Assembly: GCA_951406725.2 (NCBI GenBank)
Contig: OX597825.1
Span: forward strand, 78,554,001-78,618,000
DNA: 64,000 nucleotides
Direction: 5' to 3'
DNA from: Octopus vulgaris
Taxonomy: Eukaryota
In this document: positions 14,964-27,899 of the stretch, piece after piece
How the letters are laid out: every line of letters starts with the position of its first letter
How positions within the stretch are numbered: position 1 is the first letter of the stretch
Notes under the pieces: generated by a model
What the model was told of the DNA's origin: nothing
What the model saw: the letters and a program-made list of their open reading frames with translations, nothing else
Databases searched by the model: none
Translations under genes and position numbers: made by a program

Positions 14964-15159
14964 TTAATTTTTATTTTATTGCATCTTTTAGTCATCGTCT
15001 AATACGATGGTATTTAATAATATTAAATATCTTATGATGTTAATTCCTTTTCAATAATATTTAAGAAGAAATTATCTATAAAGTATGATTCTTTAAATAG
15101 ATAAAGTTTGACAGTAAATTAGCTCCGATCAAAAACTATAACCAGAAAAACTAACTGGG

Positions 15160-15303
15160 TTGGCTGTGTGGTAAGAAGTTTCCAATGCAGTCACTTGGTT
15201 CTGGGTTCAGTCTTACATCAAGGCAACAAGGACAAGTATTTCTATTATAGCAGCGAACTGGCCAAAGCCTTGTGAGTGGGTTTGATAGATTGAAGCACTG
15301 AAA
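15160..15303 (+). mobile_element. SINE family A head, degenerate
   Basis: tggctgtgtggtaagaag...ggttctgggttcagtc...ccaaagccttgtgagtgg. Confidence 0.75.
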
Positions 15304-16168
15304 GAGGAGGAAAAGAGGAAGAAGAAAAGAAAAATGAGGTAGAGTAGGAGAGAGAAGGGGAGAAGAAGGAGGACAAGAAAGAGGAGGAAGGTAAGAAAAC
15401 AAGGAAGAGGAAGAAGAAAAGGAGGAAAAGTAAAGAAAGAAGAAGAAAGGAAAGAAGTAAAGGAAGAATAAAAGGAAATAAGAGGAAAAGAGGAAGAAGA
15501 AAAAGGTGAAGAGAGATGGGAGGGGAGGAGAAGGAGAAGGAAGACAAGAAAATGGAGGAGGAAGGTAAGAAAACAAGGAAGAGGAAGAAGAAAAGGAGGA
15601 AAAGTAAAGAAAGAAGAAAGGAAAGAAGTAAAGGAAGAATAAAAGGAAATAAGAGGAAAAGAGGAAGAAGAAAAAGGTGAAGAGAGATGGGAGGGGAGGA
15701 GAAGGAGGAAAAGAAAGAGAAGGAAGGTAAGAAAACAAGGAAGAGGAGGAAGAAAATGAGGACAAGCAGAAGAAGAAGAAGAAGAAGAAGAAGAAGAAGA
15801 AGAAAAAGAAGAAGAAAAAGAAGAAGAAGAAAAAGAAGAAGAAGAAGAAGAACAAGAACAAGAAGAAGAGGAGGAAGAAAATGAGGACAAGCAGAAGAAG
15901 AAGAAAAAGAAGAAGAAAAAGAAGAAGAAGAAAAAGAAGAAGAAGAAGAAGAACAAGAACAAGAAGAAGAGGAGGAAGAAAATGAGGACAAGCAGAAGAA
16001 GAAGAAGAAGAAGAAGAAAAAGAAGAAGAAGAAAAAGAAGAAGAAGAAGAAGAAGAAGAAGAAGAAGAAGAAGAAGAAAAAGAAGAAGAAGAAGAAGAAG
16101 AAGAAGAAGAAGAAGAAGAAGAAGAAGAAGAAGAAGAAGAAGAAGAAGAAAAAGAAGAAGAAGAAGAA
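15300..16168. repeat. Polypurine (GAA-rich) tract of about 870 bp with higher-order units
   Basis: A unit of about 175 bp starting ggaaggtaagaaaacaagg at about 15386, 15560 and 15722; aaaatgaggacaagcag units at about 15753, 15878 and 15979; (GAA)n runs. Confidence 0.95.
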
Positions 16169-17121
16169 TCACCTCCAGTACTTATATGACACTTTATTTT
16201 CTCGATTCCTGAAGGATGAGAAGCAAGTTTAATCCTTCGATGCGATTTGAACCGGAACAAATACCGCAAGACATTCCCAGCCGACATTTCTGACGGCTCC
16301 GCCAATCATCGGCTTTTATTAAATGAAGAGAAATTTAGCTGACCTCCGCTTAATTTTGCCTTGTTTCGTCTGTGCCTCTGTGGCTGTATGTATGTATGTA
16401 TATATGTATATATGTATGTGTGTGTTTGTGTGTATGCACGCGTGTGAGTGCGTATATATGTGTGTATATGTGTGTACGTGTGTGGTTGTGCTTAATCTTT
16501 TTTTGTTTAGTAAGAAGTTAATATGGAAGCATTTCAGTGCTTTTAGTAGGATTATATGCGCATTAACTAATTATCGAAGGATTATGTGTGTAGTTTTCAC
16601 TTTTTTATTAAAGATCATATGTGTACTGGGAACACACATCAAATAAAGTGAACCAACCGTAACCACCCCTTTCTAATTTTTGGACATAGTATCTTTAGGT
16701 TTACTTATCCAATGTAGACTTCCTTCGGAGAAGACGGCATACTGTGGTTTTATTTAGATTTGGCTGTTATTTTTTGCACGCAGAGGGGTATTTGTTGGCT
16801 CGTTGTGAATTGAATTATTCCCGTCCATGGAGAGTGAAATAGAATTCCTTCTTATATATTAATGAACTGCTAACCGTCACCTCCCTAAATGCCTTACCCG
16901 AAGCACAAGATATCGCTCTACGAAGTGTGTGTGCATAACACGAAGTTAGGGTTTGCCCAATTAATCCAGAACGATTGGTGACTTCGAGTAGGTTGGGTTC
17001 AGTCTCACCTTGGGTAAGTAGCTTCTGCTATAGTCCCGGACAGACCAAAACTTTGTGAGTAGATTTCATTGACATAAATTGCAAGAAGCCCGTTATGTAT
17101 ATATATGTATGTATATGTATG

Positions 17122-17153
<32 letters not shown>

Positions 17154-17188
17154 TGTATGTATGTATGTATGTATTGTTATTAGTGAAG

Positions 17189-17451
17189 GTGGAGGCGCAA
17201 TGGCCCAGTGGTTAGGACAGCGGACTCGCTGTCGTAGGATCGCGGTTTCGATTCCCAGAACGGGCGTTGTGAGTGTTTATTGAGCGAAAACACCTAAGGC
17301 TCCACGAGGCTCCGGCAGGGGGTGGTGGTGAACCCTACTATACTGTTTCACCATATCTTTCACTCACTCTTTCTTCCTGTTTCTGATGTACCTGTATTTC
17401 AAAGGGGCCAGCCTTGTCACACTCTGTGTCACGCTGAATCTCCCTGAGAAC
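17189..17451 (+). mobile_element. SINE family D (tRNA-derived, tRNA-Arg-like head), 3'-truncated
   Basis: gtggaggcgcaatggcccagtggttagg (A box) and ggtttcgattccc (B box); body matches the full copy at 48250-48637. Confidence 0.85.
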
Positions 17452-17681
17452 ATCGGTCCCTTAGAACTCCTTCCCTCCACATGGCTTTCCTACGGGCGTC
17501 GATTTTCAACAGTTTACGGTAAATATGAACATCATCATCAACATCATCAAACAATCGAAACGTGTTCCTTCTGAAAGGTTTCGGGCGGCGTAACATTAAT
17601 CAATGCATAAATCAGAGATCAGGGAATCTCTCCAGATTGGGCCACTACTCCTCCGTGTTAAGAAGACACAGCTCTAGTACT

Positions 17682-18000
17682 CATCATTTCCTCATTGTTC
17701 GACTGTGGTCGAGACAATGGAATTTACCATGCTACGCCAGACTTCACGGTCCATCATGGCATTACGGAGGTCCTGTTGCTGGATGCCTGTATCCCTGGAG
17801 ATTACATCAGGGTAGGAGAGTGTGCGCCCTCTGGTATTGCGAGTAGATGGCTTCCAGAGAAGAGTAGAAATTACTTCTTTTTCAGCTCTACAACAATGTC
17901 CAGCAAACTGGACTCTCCTACCTTTCACAAGAGATGACATAGGTGGTAGTTTCCCATATATTTGCATTTTGGTTGGATGGCGCTTCCACGAGAGATTTTG
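17682..18000 (-). mobile_element. 5'-truncated RTE-type LINE 3' end with a 12-bp TSD
   Basis: Encodes SWKRHPTKMQIYG..RRVQFAGHCCR..LLWKP..GR..AMMDREVWR; short tga-repeat tail; AGCTCTAGTACT flanks both sides (17670-17681 and 18001-18012). Confidence 0.88.
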
Positions 18001-18662
18001 AGCTCTAGTACTACGGGCATGTAATAAGCATGTAGCAGGAAAGAATCAAAAGATAGATTCTTCAAACCGGGTCAATGGACAGGAGACTTAAGTGTAGACG
18101 AAAAGATCGAGATAGCTGGTCCCTATCTCACTTGGTTACATTTGGAAATCCAACTGGAAAGCCTAACGACGGTTGCTTCTGATAGGACCCTATGAAGTAA
18201 CAGAGGACTCTACCCCCACATCCCTCCAGGAAATTTTAGGCAGAGATGTATGGATGGGTGAACATCAACGATCTTGCAGGCCTCAGAGAGCCTGCGAAAG
18301 CTGTAGGTACAGCTTTTTCTTCTTAAATGAAGCTTATAAAAGATATTATTTTGTTCTATGCTGTGGTAGCTATGAAACAGCATGGTGAGCTGGAGTATGT
18401 AATAGTTAAATTAAGCCTCATCCATGAATACCATTGCGCAGTTATAATTTGAAGGGCGCAACTGACTGAACAAGTATTTTGATAAATTCCTGACTCTCAT
18501 AGCTAGCTGAGTGCAACGGGGACTTACCAATTCCTATCGCACACTGCTATGTGAGACAAGAATTTGCTAAGATTCTATGCGTAGGAAAAAGAAAAAGGAA
18601 GGGTGGAAGAAGGAAAGAGGGTGCGTTTGTGTGTGTGTGTGTATGTATGAATGTATGTGTGA

Positions 18663-18707
<45 letters not shown>

Positions 18708-18819
18708 TACGTATGCGTTTCAGAATGCGTCTATCTGTGGAAGCGTGTGTGGCTTGAAGGCAGAGCAAATTAGTTAACAGAAGGAATAACAAGCAATCTA
18801 TTGGCATGGCTGTGTGGAG

Positions 18820-19380
18820 GCGCAGGCGTGCCGGGTGTGATAGGAAGCTTACTTCCATACCACATGGTTCTGGGTTCAGTCCCACCGCGTGGCACCTTGG
18901 GTAAGTAGCTTCTGCTATAGTCCCGGAAGGGCTATGTGGTTGAACTGGGTGCGTATGGAGCCATGTAAGCATTGATGCCGTGTTCGGTCCGTAGTGGTTC
19001 GGCTCGTCTTTTTTTAGTCAATTGTTTAGATTTAGTCGCTATAAATAGAGCATATATCATTATATAAATAATATATAATTATAGTTATTATTAAAAAAGA
19101 CCTTCTCCATAATTTACAGCCTTCGGGCTTGTTTATAAATATGGATATATATGTGTGTGTGAATGTATATATTTATGTGTTTGTTTTGTATTTCCACTAC
19201 CACCACCACCACCTTTTGACATCCGATGTGGTTTGTTTATGTCCCCGTAACATGGCAGTTCGGTAATAAAGATCATTAGAATAAGTACCAGACTTTAAAA
19301 AAAAACAAGCCTGATTAAACCTTTCAAGGCGGGGCCCCAGCATGGCCGCAGTCCAATGACAGAAACAAGAGAAAGATGAA
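18820..19380 (+). mobile_element. SINE family A head (18820-18925) and B tail (19180-19380)
   Basis: ggttctgggttcagtcccaccgcgtggcaccttgggtaagt; then gtccccgtaac...aaggcggggccccagcatggccgcagtccaatgacagaaac. Confidence 0.75.
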
Positions 19381-20157
19381 TGATTAAAAAATAGTAAACT
19401 GAGAATTGACACATTTAACGTCCCGAGTCAAGAAATTTTGAATAATTCTAATTACATCTGTAATAAGAAGGAAAATACTGGATTAATACTGCTTAAGAAA
19501 TCAAGGGTATCCACTTCCTAATCCTAAGATAAATTAACTAAATATTGATTTAAAATAGAATACAGCAGGGGCTGAGTCTTATATTTGACATATGTGAGAC
19601 TACTACGGATGTATTTAAGTCTTATTGCCACTCATCTGCGAAGTGTAATCTTGCCAGAACTAGGATGACTGGGAAATATATAAAGAGTTATAAGAAATGA
19701 ACAACGAGTGTTGTGACATCTTAAACATTCTGTCAGAGACACCAGGTGAGAAATTTGGGAAAAAAGAAACACTGCATTACATCGCCCGTGGGTATCTGGT
19801 TAGTACTTTATTCTATCGACCTCGAAAAATGAATAACAGCTCTGACCTCGGCGGGATTTGAAACCAGAGTATAAAGAGCCAGAACAATTCTATACGTACT
19901 GCATCAAAACTTCATTTTCCATTTGAAAGCTCACAAGAGAAAACTCCCCTTGACAATCAACAGTCAGACATTTTGAGAAAATATCCCATGCCCCAAATTC
20001 AACTTGAAGGAAAAGGGATCAAAACTTAAGGTCGCCTTCAGTGCAGGTTTCTGCAAACGGGATCCAACTCTAATAATCCACCGTACGTCTCCGTCGCTGC
20101 ACGAATGCCATCTAGTTTTATTACAGCATTTGCGTTTCTTCGCGGTTGATAAATTTT

Positions 20158-20266
<109 letters not shown>

Positions 20267-20317
20267 GTATGTGTATATAATGTCCGATATGTATTCGGGT
20301 GTGTATGTAAATACATA

Positions 20318-20358
<41 letters not shown>

Positions 20359-20408
20359 AAAAAAAAGTCAAGATAGAAAATGCTAAAATAATTTTATAAA
20401 AAACATTT

Positions 20409-20444
20409 CAGCACTGGTTTCAGTCATTGAGACTTTTTCAACTG
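20409..20444 (-). ncRNA. Minimal hammerhead-like motif, U3:A8 variant (cleavage-site base is G)
   Basis: Reverse complement: cag-TTGAAAA-agtc[tcaat]gact-GAAA-ccag-TG-ctg. Confidence 0.55.
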
Positions 20445-20645
20445 TATGTATGGAAAACAGAAAAGTTTTTTAAAAGAATATTTGCATAGTGTTCAAATAC
20501 AAGTGGCATTTTCCTTGTTTCTGCCTGTTCCTCTCTCTCTCTCTCTTGTTTATTCTTGAGTAAAGAAGAGAGAGAGAGAACAGACAGAAACTTTTTTAAA
20601 ACATTTCTTTTAATTTTCCCAAAATTTAATTGTTTTCCATACTTA

Positions 20646-20681
20646 CAGTTGAAGAAGTGTCAATGACTGAAACCGGTGCTG
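20646..20681 (+). ncRNA. Minimal hammerhead-like motif (U3, G8; cleavage-site base is G)
   Basis: cag-TTGAAGA-agt[gtcaatg]act-GAAA-ccgg-TG-ctg. Confidence 0.55.
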
Positions 20682-20769
20682 AAATGTTTTTTATAAATTT
20701 ATTTTAGCATTTTCTATCTTGGCTTTTTTTTCTCCATATATATCAATTCGTGTGTTCCTTTTCAACCTT

Positions 20770-20829
<60 letters not shown>

Positions 20830-20901
20830 TAAAAAGGAGATGTGGAACATGAGTTGTGATATATAAAAAAGGAAATTTCCTTTTTTATATATATATATTT
20901 C

Positions 20902-20958
<57 letters not shown>

Positions 20959-20959
20959 A

Positions 20960-21104
20960 CAGGCTTCTTTCAGTTGCCGTCTACAAAATCCACTCACAAT
21001 GTTTTGGTCGGCCCGAGGCTATAGCGAAAGACACTTGCCCAAGATGGCACGCAGTAGGACTGAACCCGGAATCATGTGCTTGGGAAGCACAGGCACTCCA
21101 GCGG

Positions 21105-21105
<1 letters not shown>
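20960..21105 (-). mobile_element. SINE family A head
   Basis: ggcttctttcagttgccgtctacaaaatccactcaca...gacacttgcccaagatggcacgcagtaggactgaacccgg. Confidence 0.8.
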
Positions 21106-21165
<60 letters not shown>

Positions 21166-21168
<3 letters not shown>

Positions 21169-21347
21169 GGGTTGGACAAAATAATGGAAACACCTTAAAA
21201 TTTCAAACAAATTTATCTAAATATGGGGTAGAACCGCCTTTGGCAGTAATTACAGCTTGAATTCTACGAGGTAGGGACTTTTACAAAGTTTGAATTGTTT
21301 CGAAATGAATTTTTGTCCATTCTTCAGCTAAAAGAGTCTCCAGTTCT
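21166..21347 (-). mobile_element. Tc1-like transposon 3' end (TIR plus transposase C-terminus)
   Basis: TA followed by CAGGGGTTGGACAAAATAATGGAAACACC; the minus strand encodes LLAEEWTKI..ETIQTL..SLPRRIQAVITAKGGSTPY. Confidence 0.85.
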
Positions 21348-21348
21348 T

Positions 21349-21406
<58 letters not shown>

Positions 21407-22121
21407 CTGTTGTTGTTGTTATTGTTACTGAAGTATGTTGTGTGATTGTCAACAAGCAACGGAATGAATTCATCTCTCGAGTGTCTTGGTTTTTAGTTGA
21501 AGTTGAAATAAGAATTACAGAAATTTTAAAACAAATCTAGTAATATTAATAAAACCTGGTTTATGTTATTGTTACAAAATGAAACAAAATGTAACGTAAT
21601 AAATATACAATATCACGTCATGTAAAATTTGGGTTTTTTGTTATTAAAAGTATATAACGTTATAGAAAATGTATAAAATATTACATATTAATGTTTATGA
21701 TAAGATATATATATAAGATATATATATATATTTATATATGTGTGTATGTGTGTAGGTGTGGTAGTATGTAGGTATATGTATTTGTATATATAGGACTAGT
21801 GTGCATGTTTGTATATACATATATATATATATATATATGCGCAGCATAATTCTTGTGATGCAATCTGCTCCGTTTGTTTATAAATATACTCAGCGTTGCT
21901 GTAAAGATTGGGTTAACACTTAAGTTAACGAGAGAATGTAATCAAGAGTGTTTTATATACATATATACATATATATATATATGTGTGTGTGTATGTGTGT
22001 ATATATATACATATACATATATATATATACACACATATATATACATATATATGTACGTATATATATAAACATATATACATATATATAAATATATATGTAG
22101 TATATATATAAACATATATAC

Positions 22122-22254
<133 letters not shown>

Positions 22255-22988
22255 CATATTTCATGTAAGTGTGTGTTTTTGTATGTATATATGAAAGAGA
22301 AAAAGAAAAAAAGATTCTATGCGTGTGCGTATAAGAATGACAGAACTTAGGTAAAAAGAATGAGAACACATAACAGGAAAAATGTATCCTTCATCTGCTG
22401 TCTTGCTAAGGATTCTTGCGGTTTGGATGCCTGTTGATCAAACCACTGTACTAGTGGTTTCAGTAGCCGTGAAACCTGATCAGTAGCCGTCGAATTTGAT
22501 TCTTAGGGCGTTGTACCGTTGGATCCAATCACAATATGTAAACAATATGTAATTAAATGTATAAATTATTGAGGCAGAATAAAAAAGAACACAAAGGAAA
22601 AGAATACATATATGGTTAAATATGATAAAACAAAATAACAAATCAAACCAACGCTGTTCAGTTGTCTTAAAATTGCTTTAGCCTCTTTCTCTCTAACTCT
22701 GACGTCTTTCTACTCTCTCCTCTTCTACTTCTGGCTTGCAAATTCTCGCTCCGCTGCAACCTTTCAGCTTGGTTTCTCACTGAAATTCGCCCAGAGAAAC
22801 ATCTCTTCCTCACCTCTCCTTTCGTCTACTCAAGAACTATGTTCGTGGCTACGTATAAATTTTATATCAACGCCTTTTCTCCCAGCATTGCATGTGTGCA
22901 CTATTATCGTGTGTTGTTTTATTTAGTCATATTTCGGTCATAAAAGACTAAGATATATGTGTGTGTGTATGTGTGTTTGTGTGTGTTG

Positions 22989-23043
<55 letters not shown>

Positions 23044-23377
23044 ATATATATATGAATGAGTGAGTATGTATATTTATAAATATATATATAGATGTATATG
23101 TATATAAATATATAAATACATATGTGTGTATGTGTGTGTGTGTGTGCGTGTGTGTGTGTGTGTGTGTGCCTTTTGTTTCATTAGTCGTTGTTTTTGTCCT
23201 TAGTTTTCCGTCTCACTTGTATGTTGCAGCACTTCCCCGATTGCACGGGCGCGAAAGCTACGTTGTTATCCTCATTCCGTAAACGGTAGCTTTTAATGGG
23301 TGGAGAGCTGAACCATCCTGGGGTACAGAGGAAAGTTTACCACACTATAGTGGGTTCCTCTGCTTTGTGGCAGAACT

Positions 23378-23726
23378 AGGAAGAAAGAGTGAGAGAAAGT
23401 TGTGGTGAAAGAGTACAGCGGGGTTCACTGGTTTCGATTCCCAGACCGGACGTTCTGAGTGTTTATTGAGCGAAAACACCTAAAGCTCCACGAAGCTCCG
23501 GCAGGGGTGGTGACGAACCCTGCTGTACTCCTTCTCTCACTCTTTCTTCCTGTTTCTGTTGTACCTGTATTTCAAAGTGGCAGCCTTGCCGCATTCTGTG
23601 TCACGCTGAATCTCCCCGAGAACTACGTTAAGGGTACACGTGTCTGTGGAATGCTCAGCCACTTGCACGTTAATTTCACGATCAGATCAGCTGGAACCCT
23701 CGTCGTCGTAACCGACGGAGTGCCAC
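23378..23726 (+). mobile_element. SINE family D with an inverted internal segment replacing the 5' head
   Basis: 23378-23429 is the reverse complement of the family's internal gaaccc.gctgtactctttcaccacaactttctctcactctttcttcct; the forward copy runs from the B box to gtaaccgacggagtgcc. Confidence 0.8.
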
Positions 23727-24284
23727 GAGTATGGACGCCGGAGAAGTATGTCCTGCGTATCGTATATGATACACAGGGGAGGCAAAATGTTAAAAGACAA
23801 GACCTCCACTAAATTAACAAAGATGCGGATATAGAATTTCAAGAAAAAACGTAAATGGTAATTTTGGAATCCACATTAGGGACGCTTTATTGCAATTCTA
23901 TAAGTCTATGTAAACATCTCCTTCAAGCCTAAACGACACACTGTATATTTTTGCGTGTGTTTCTTTTTTTTTTACTTATTTAAAACAATTTCGAAGGTCA
24001 GCCGCCCTGAACAGCTTTGGCACATTTTTACAATTATAACCCTCTGTGCTAGTGGTTGCGGGTACAAAGAGAAGATTGGGAGGAGTATCTTCTATGAATA
24101 GAATAAAAATCGCGAGTCGAGAGGAAAAAAAATAACCACAAAGGAATTTTTTTTTTTAAACAAATAGTAAAAAAGAAAACTGTTTAAAAATATTAAGTTA
24201 AAACACAGAATATAAATTCACCAGTTTATTTTTCTTTTAAGCATTTGAGTCTGTCAGCCTGTGTCATCTGTCTATAGATAGGTA

Positions 24285-24615
<331 letters not shown>

Positions 24616-24911
24616 ATGAATGTGTGCATGCACGTTTCCTTATTATGAATATATGTGTGTGTGTGTGTGTGTGTTTGTGTGTGTATTCAGACAAATACAT
24701 AAAACACCAGGACTTACAAATATATATAACATACAGAAAATTGCACTACTGGGCATTGCACACATCCAATGCAAAACACTTTCAATACAGTAACCATAAG
24801 AGCATCACAGCAAACCACAGCACATACCCAGGCACACAGAGCTGCGCTCGGTAGTGAAATGAAAGCACGTTATAAAAATAAAACTACTGAATAATAATAA
24901 TAATAATAATA

Positions 24912-24984
<73 letters not shown>

Positions 24985-24988
<4 letters not shown>

Positions 24989-25341
24989 TCGCATATTTGT
25001 TGTCAGCTGGGGCATGCTATATCTGTGTGTGATAAGAAAGAAAGAAAAGTTGAGAGATATGACAGGTTAGCTTGGGAAGTTAAATAGTTGTAGTCGATGA
25101 AAAAGGTAGCAGTAGTACCAATAATTGTCGGAGCCCTGGGAAAAGTGAGCAAAAATCTCGAGTAGTACGTGGAACAAATAGGGGCTGCGTTATAGGTGGA
25201 GCACTTGCAGAAAACAGCACTGCTTGGAACCGCTCGAATACTCCGGAAGGTGCTCGAAAAATAAGAGGTGTTACCTTAGTTCACTTGTAGTGAACAGCTG
25301 ACACCGTAGTACATCTCCAGTGTTAGAAGCTGTGCAAAGGC

Positions 25342-25342
<1 letters not shown>
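24985..25342 (+). mobile_element. R4/Dong-clade LINE 3' fragment inside (TAA)n
   Basis: Encodes KVERYDRL, VVPIIVGALG and EHLQKTALLGTARILRKVL with internal stops; (TAA)n arrays on both sides (24891-24984 and 25343-25403). Confidence 0.88.
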
Positions 25343-25405
<63 letters not shown>

Positions 25406-25929
25406 GTTTTCAATCAAAACAAAGATTTTGATCTATGAGCAATGAACGGTTCAAAGATTAATCCAGTTGAGGATTTCAGGTTTCTTTGTAGTACGAGTTG
25501 CATTTCAGATGTTTCGTGATTTTCTTGGGAGAAGCAGTTACAATTGTTTTAGACTTGTAAATTAAATAATATCATTGCTATATATCTAATAAACTGACCT
25601 GCCAAACTTTTGGTATTCATTGTTGAAGGAGATGGATGTAACAGTACTTTGGACACACCCTATTGAACACCGCTTGTCACAGCTGACTGGTTTGCAGAAT
25701 GTAATCGTACCGTAATGGCAAGTGCAGGAAATATCAGCTGCCATTTATCGACAACCTGGGGGAGGGGGGGCAGGATCGGATTCTATCCACCGACTGAAGG
25801 CGACCATGATGAATCGAGATGCTTGACGAAATGGTTTTGTCTTTGAAGACAAGGTGGGAGACCGATCAAAGTAAAGTATCAGTTTGGCTATACACCCGAT
25901 AAAAAAAACGTATGTATTAATGAAAGTTA

Positions 25930-26267
25930 GGCGAAGAACTGGCAAAATCGATAATATGCCGGGCAAAATGCTTAAAAGCATTTTGTCCGCCTTTGTGTTT
26001 TGGGTTCAAATTCCCCTGAGGTCGGCTTTGCCGTTCATCATTTCGGGGTCGATAAATTAAGTAACAGTGAAACACTAGGGGAGGGAGCAAAAATTGTGAA
26101 AAAATTGTGGCGAAAGAGTCAGCAGATGTTCGCAATTACCTTCTGCCCGAACCGCGTGGAGCTTATGTGATTCGCTCATAAACACTCACATCACCCGGTC
26201 TGAGATTCGAACCCGCGATCTCTCGATTATGAGTCCGCTACTTTAATCACTAGGCCATGTGCCTCCA
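25930..26267. mobile_element. SINE C (plus strand, 25930-26085) tail-to-tail with a SINE D-related copy (minus strand, 26085-26267)
   Basis: gggttcaaattcccctgaggtcggctttgccgttcatc; and attcgaacccgcgatc...cactaggccatgtgcctccac. Confidence 0.7.
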
Positions 26268-26359
26268 CAATGTGAAAGTTAGCTGGGTGATTTCTTTTCT
26301 GAAAACCCCAGCTTATCTAGATTGCGACTTAGGTATTTACTTATGTATGTATGCATGTA

Positions 26360-26865
26360 TTGGGTTGTCCGGAAAGTCCGTGCCGATTTTTAAAGGAAAG
26401 AAAAAGGTCAATAAATACTTGCCATTACATTTTTAATCAACCAAATATGAACTAATTTGTTGTACAGTGCGTCTTCAACTTGAAAATACCCTCTTCCCAG
26501 AATTGAGGTGGTTTCATGGCAAAGAATTCATCAAGGTATCTTTTTACGTCATCCAAGGAATTGAAATCTTTACCATTAAGACTATTCTACAGAGACCTGA
26601 ATAAGTGGAAAGCCGAAGGAGCAATATCTGGTGAATATGGAGGGTGGGGTAACACATTCCAACCGAGCTGCAGCAATTTTTGTCTGGTTCCCAAAGCATC
26701 AAGTGCCGAAAATGAATTTTCTTATCTTCCATTTTAAAGGTTTACAGAATTAACACAGGTCATAGGAACATAAACCTTCTTCCACGAAAAGATAGCTTAA
26801 ACTGTGCTCTAAATGGAGGTGTAGTAAGCGACTATAAATCGGCACGGACTTTCCGGACAACCCAA
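26360..26865 (-). mobile_element. Non-autonomous, internally deleted mariner element with perfect TIRs and TA TSD
   Basis: TIRs ttgggttgtccggaaagtccgtgccgattt and aaatcggcacggactttccggacaacccaa; the N-terminal MEDKKIHFRHLMLW is joined to the C-terminal PHPPYSPDIAPS region. Confidence 0.95.
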
Positions 26866-27247
26866 TATATTATGTCAGGTAATTCATAGTGTTTCTGGTG
26901 ACATGTAACTCAGTAAATGTTACCAGAAGCACTACTCCACACGAAGGAAATTCTGAAATGACAGCCGCCTCGTTCCAAAGCTACCGACCTCGCTCTGACT
27001 CGTTTCTGGACTACTTGACTCTGTAGGTGAGAGTCTCAGCGGTGTTGTACAAAACTGTTTTTGACTTTAAATAGTCAGTACGGCTATTGCTGGCAGCCAT
27101 TGTCTTTAACATCTGTATGAGATAATTAGTCAGTAATGCTCCTAATAGTCTACGAGTCGACAGCTTGCACCTACGTATGTACAGTATATTCTAACTCGTT
27201 TTCCAGACACTTAATATTTTCCCCCACTCTCTAAGTTTAATTCTCTC

Positions 27248-27301
<54 letters not shown>

Positions 27302-27517
27302 CTACCCAATATCACCACCACGTGAACTCATTCCAAAATTCTTCATTTCTATTCAATCTTTTCGATTAAAATTTCGTTGAAGTTACACGCTCTTAAATTC
27401 TTAACCTTTCCTTCTCTCTAAATGAGACCTCAAGCTCTTCTGCCATTCTTTCGCGCTATTATTCGATGAGAATTGCTTCTTCTGTGTCTTGTCAAAGGAC
27501 TACAACGTATCTGTGAG

Positions 27518-27589
<72 letters not shown>

Positions 27590-27749
27590 AAACACCTTTT
27601 ATCAATTCAATAATGAAAAATTAAATTATACCATTTAGAAATATTACATATTATAGAAAGATCAAATATAAGATAAAACATATAACAATGATTAAGTAAT
27701 GTGCAAAAAATAATAAATAAAACGTATATATTTGGTAGAATAACCTAAG

Positions 27750-27809
<60 letters not shown>

Positions 27810-27899
27810 AGTACTGGGAGAAAAAGAAGAAACGAAACGAAACGGAACGAATCGAATTGAATCGATGCGAAGGCGCTCAATCATACAATAGTGTAATAA

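Larger units (their letters stand above)
20357..20735. mobile_element. Inverted pair of a hammerhead-bearing, Penelope-pLTR-like element within (TA)n
   Basis: The left arm (20357 to about 20560, minus strand) and right arm (about 20560 to 20735, plus strand) mirror each other over about 100 bp at the outer ends; a third family member lies at 61855-62014. Confidence 0.75.

Noticed and set aside
15151-16305. 384-aa, 319-aa and 248-aa Ser/Phe/Leu-rich ORFs
   Set aside because: They arise from the pyrimidine strand of the polypurine tract.
17189-17265. tRNA gene
   Set aside because: A and B boxes are present, but there is no complete cloverleaf and the sequence continues into a multicopy SINE body.
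18495-18548. HDV-like ribozyme at a presumed RTE 5' end
   Set aside because: P1, P2 and P3 could not be built, and the TSD shows the RTE ends at 18000, so this is flanking DNA.
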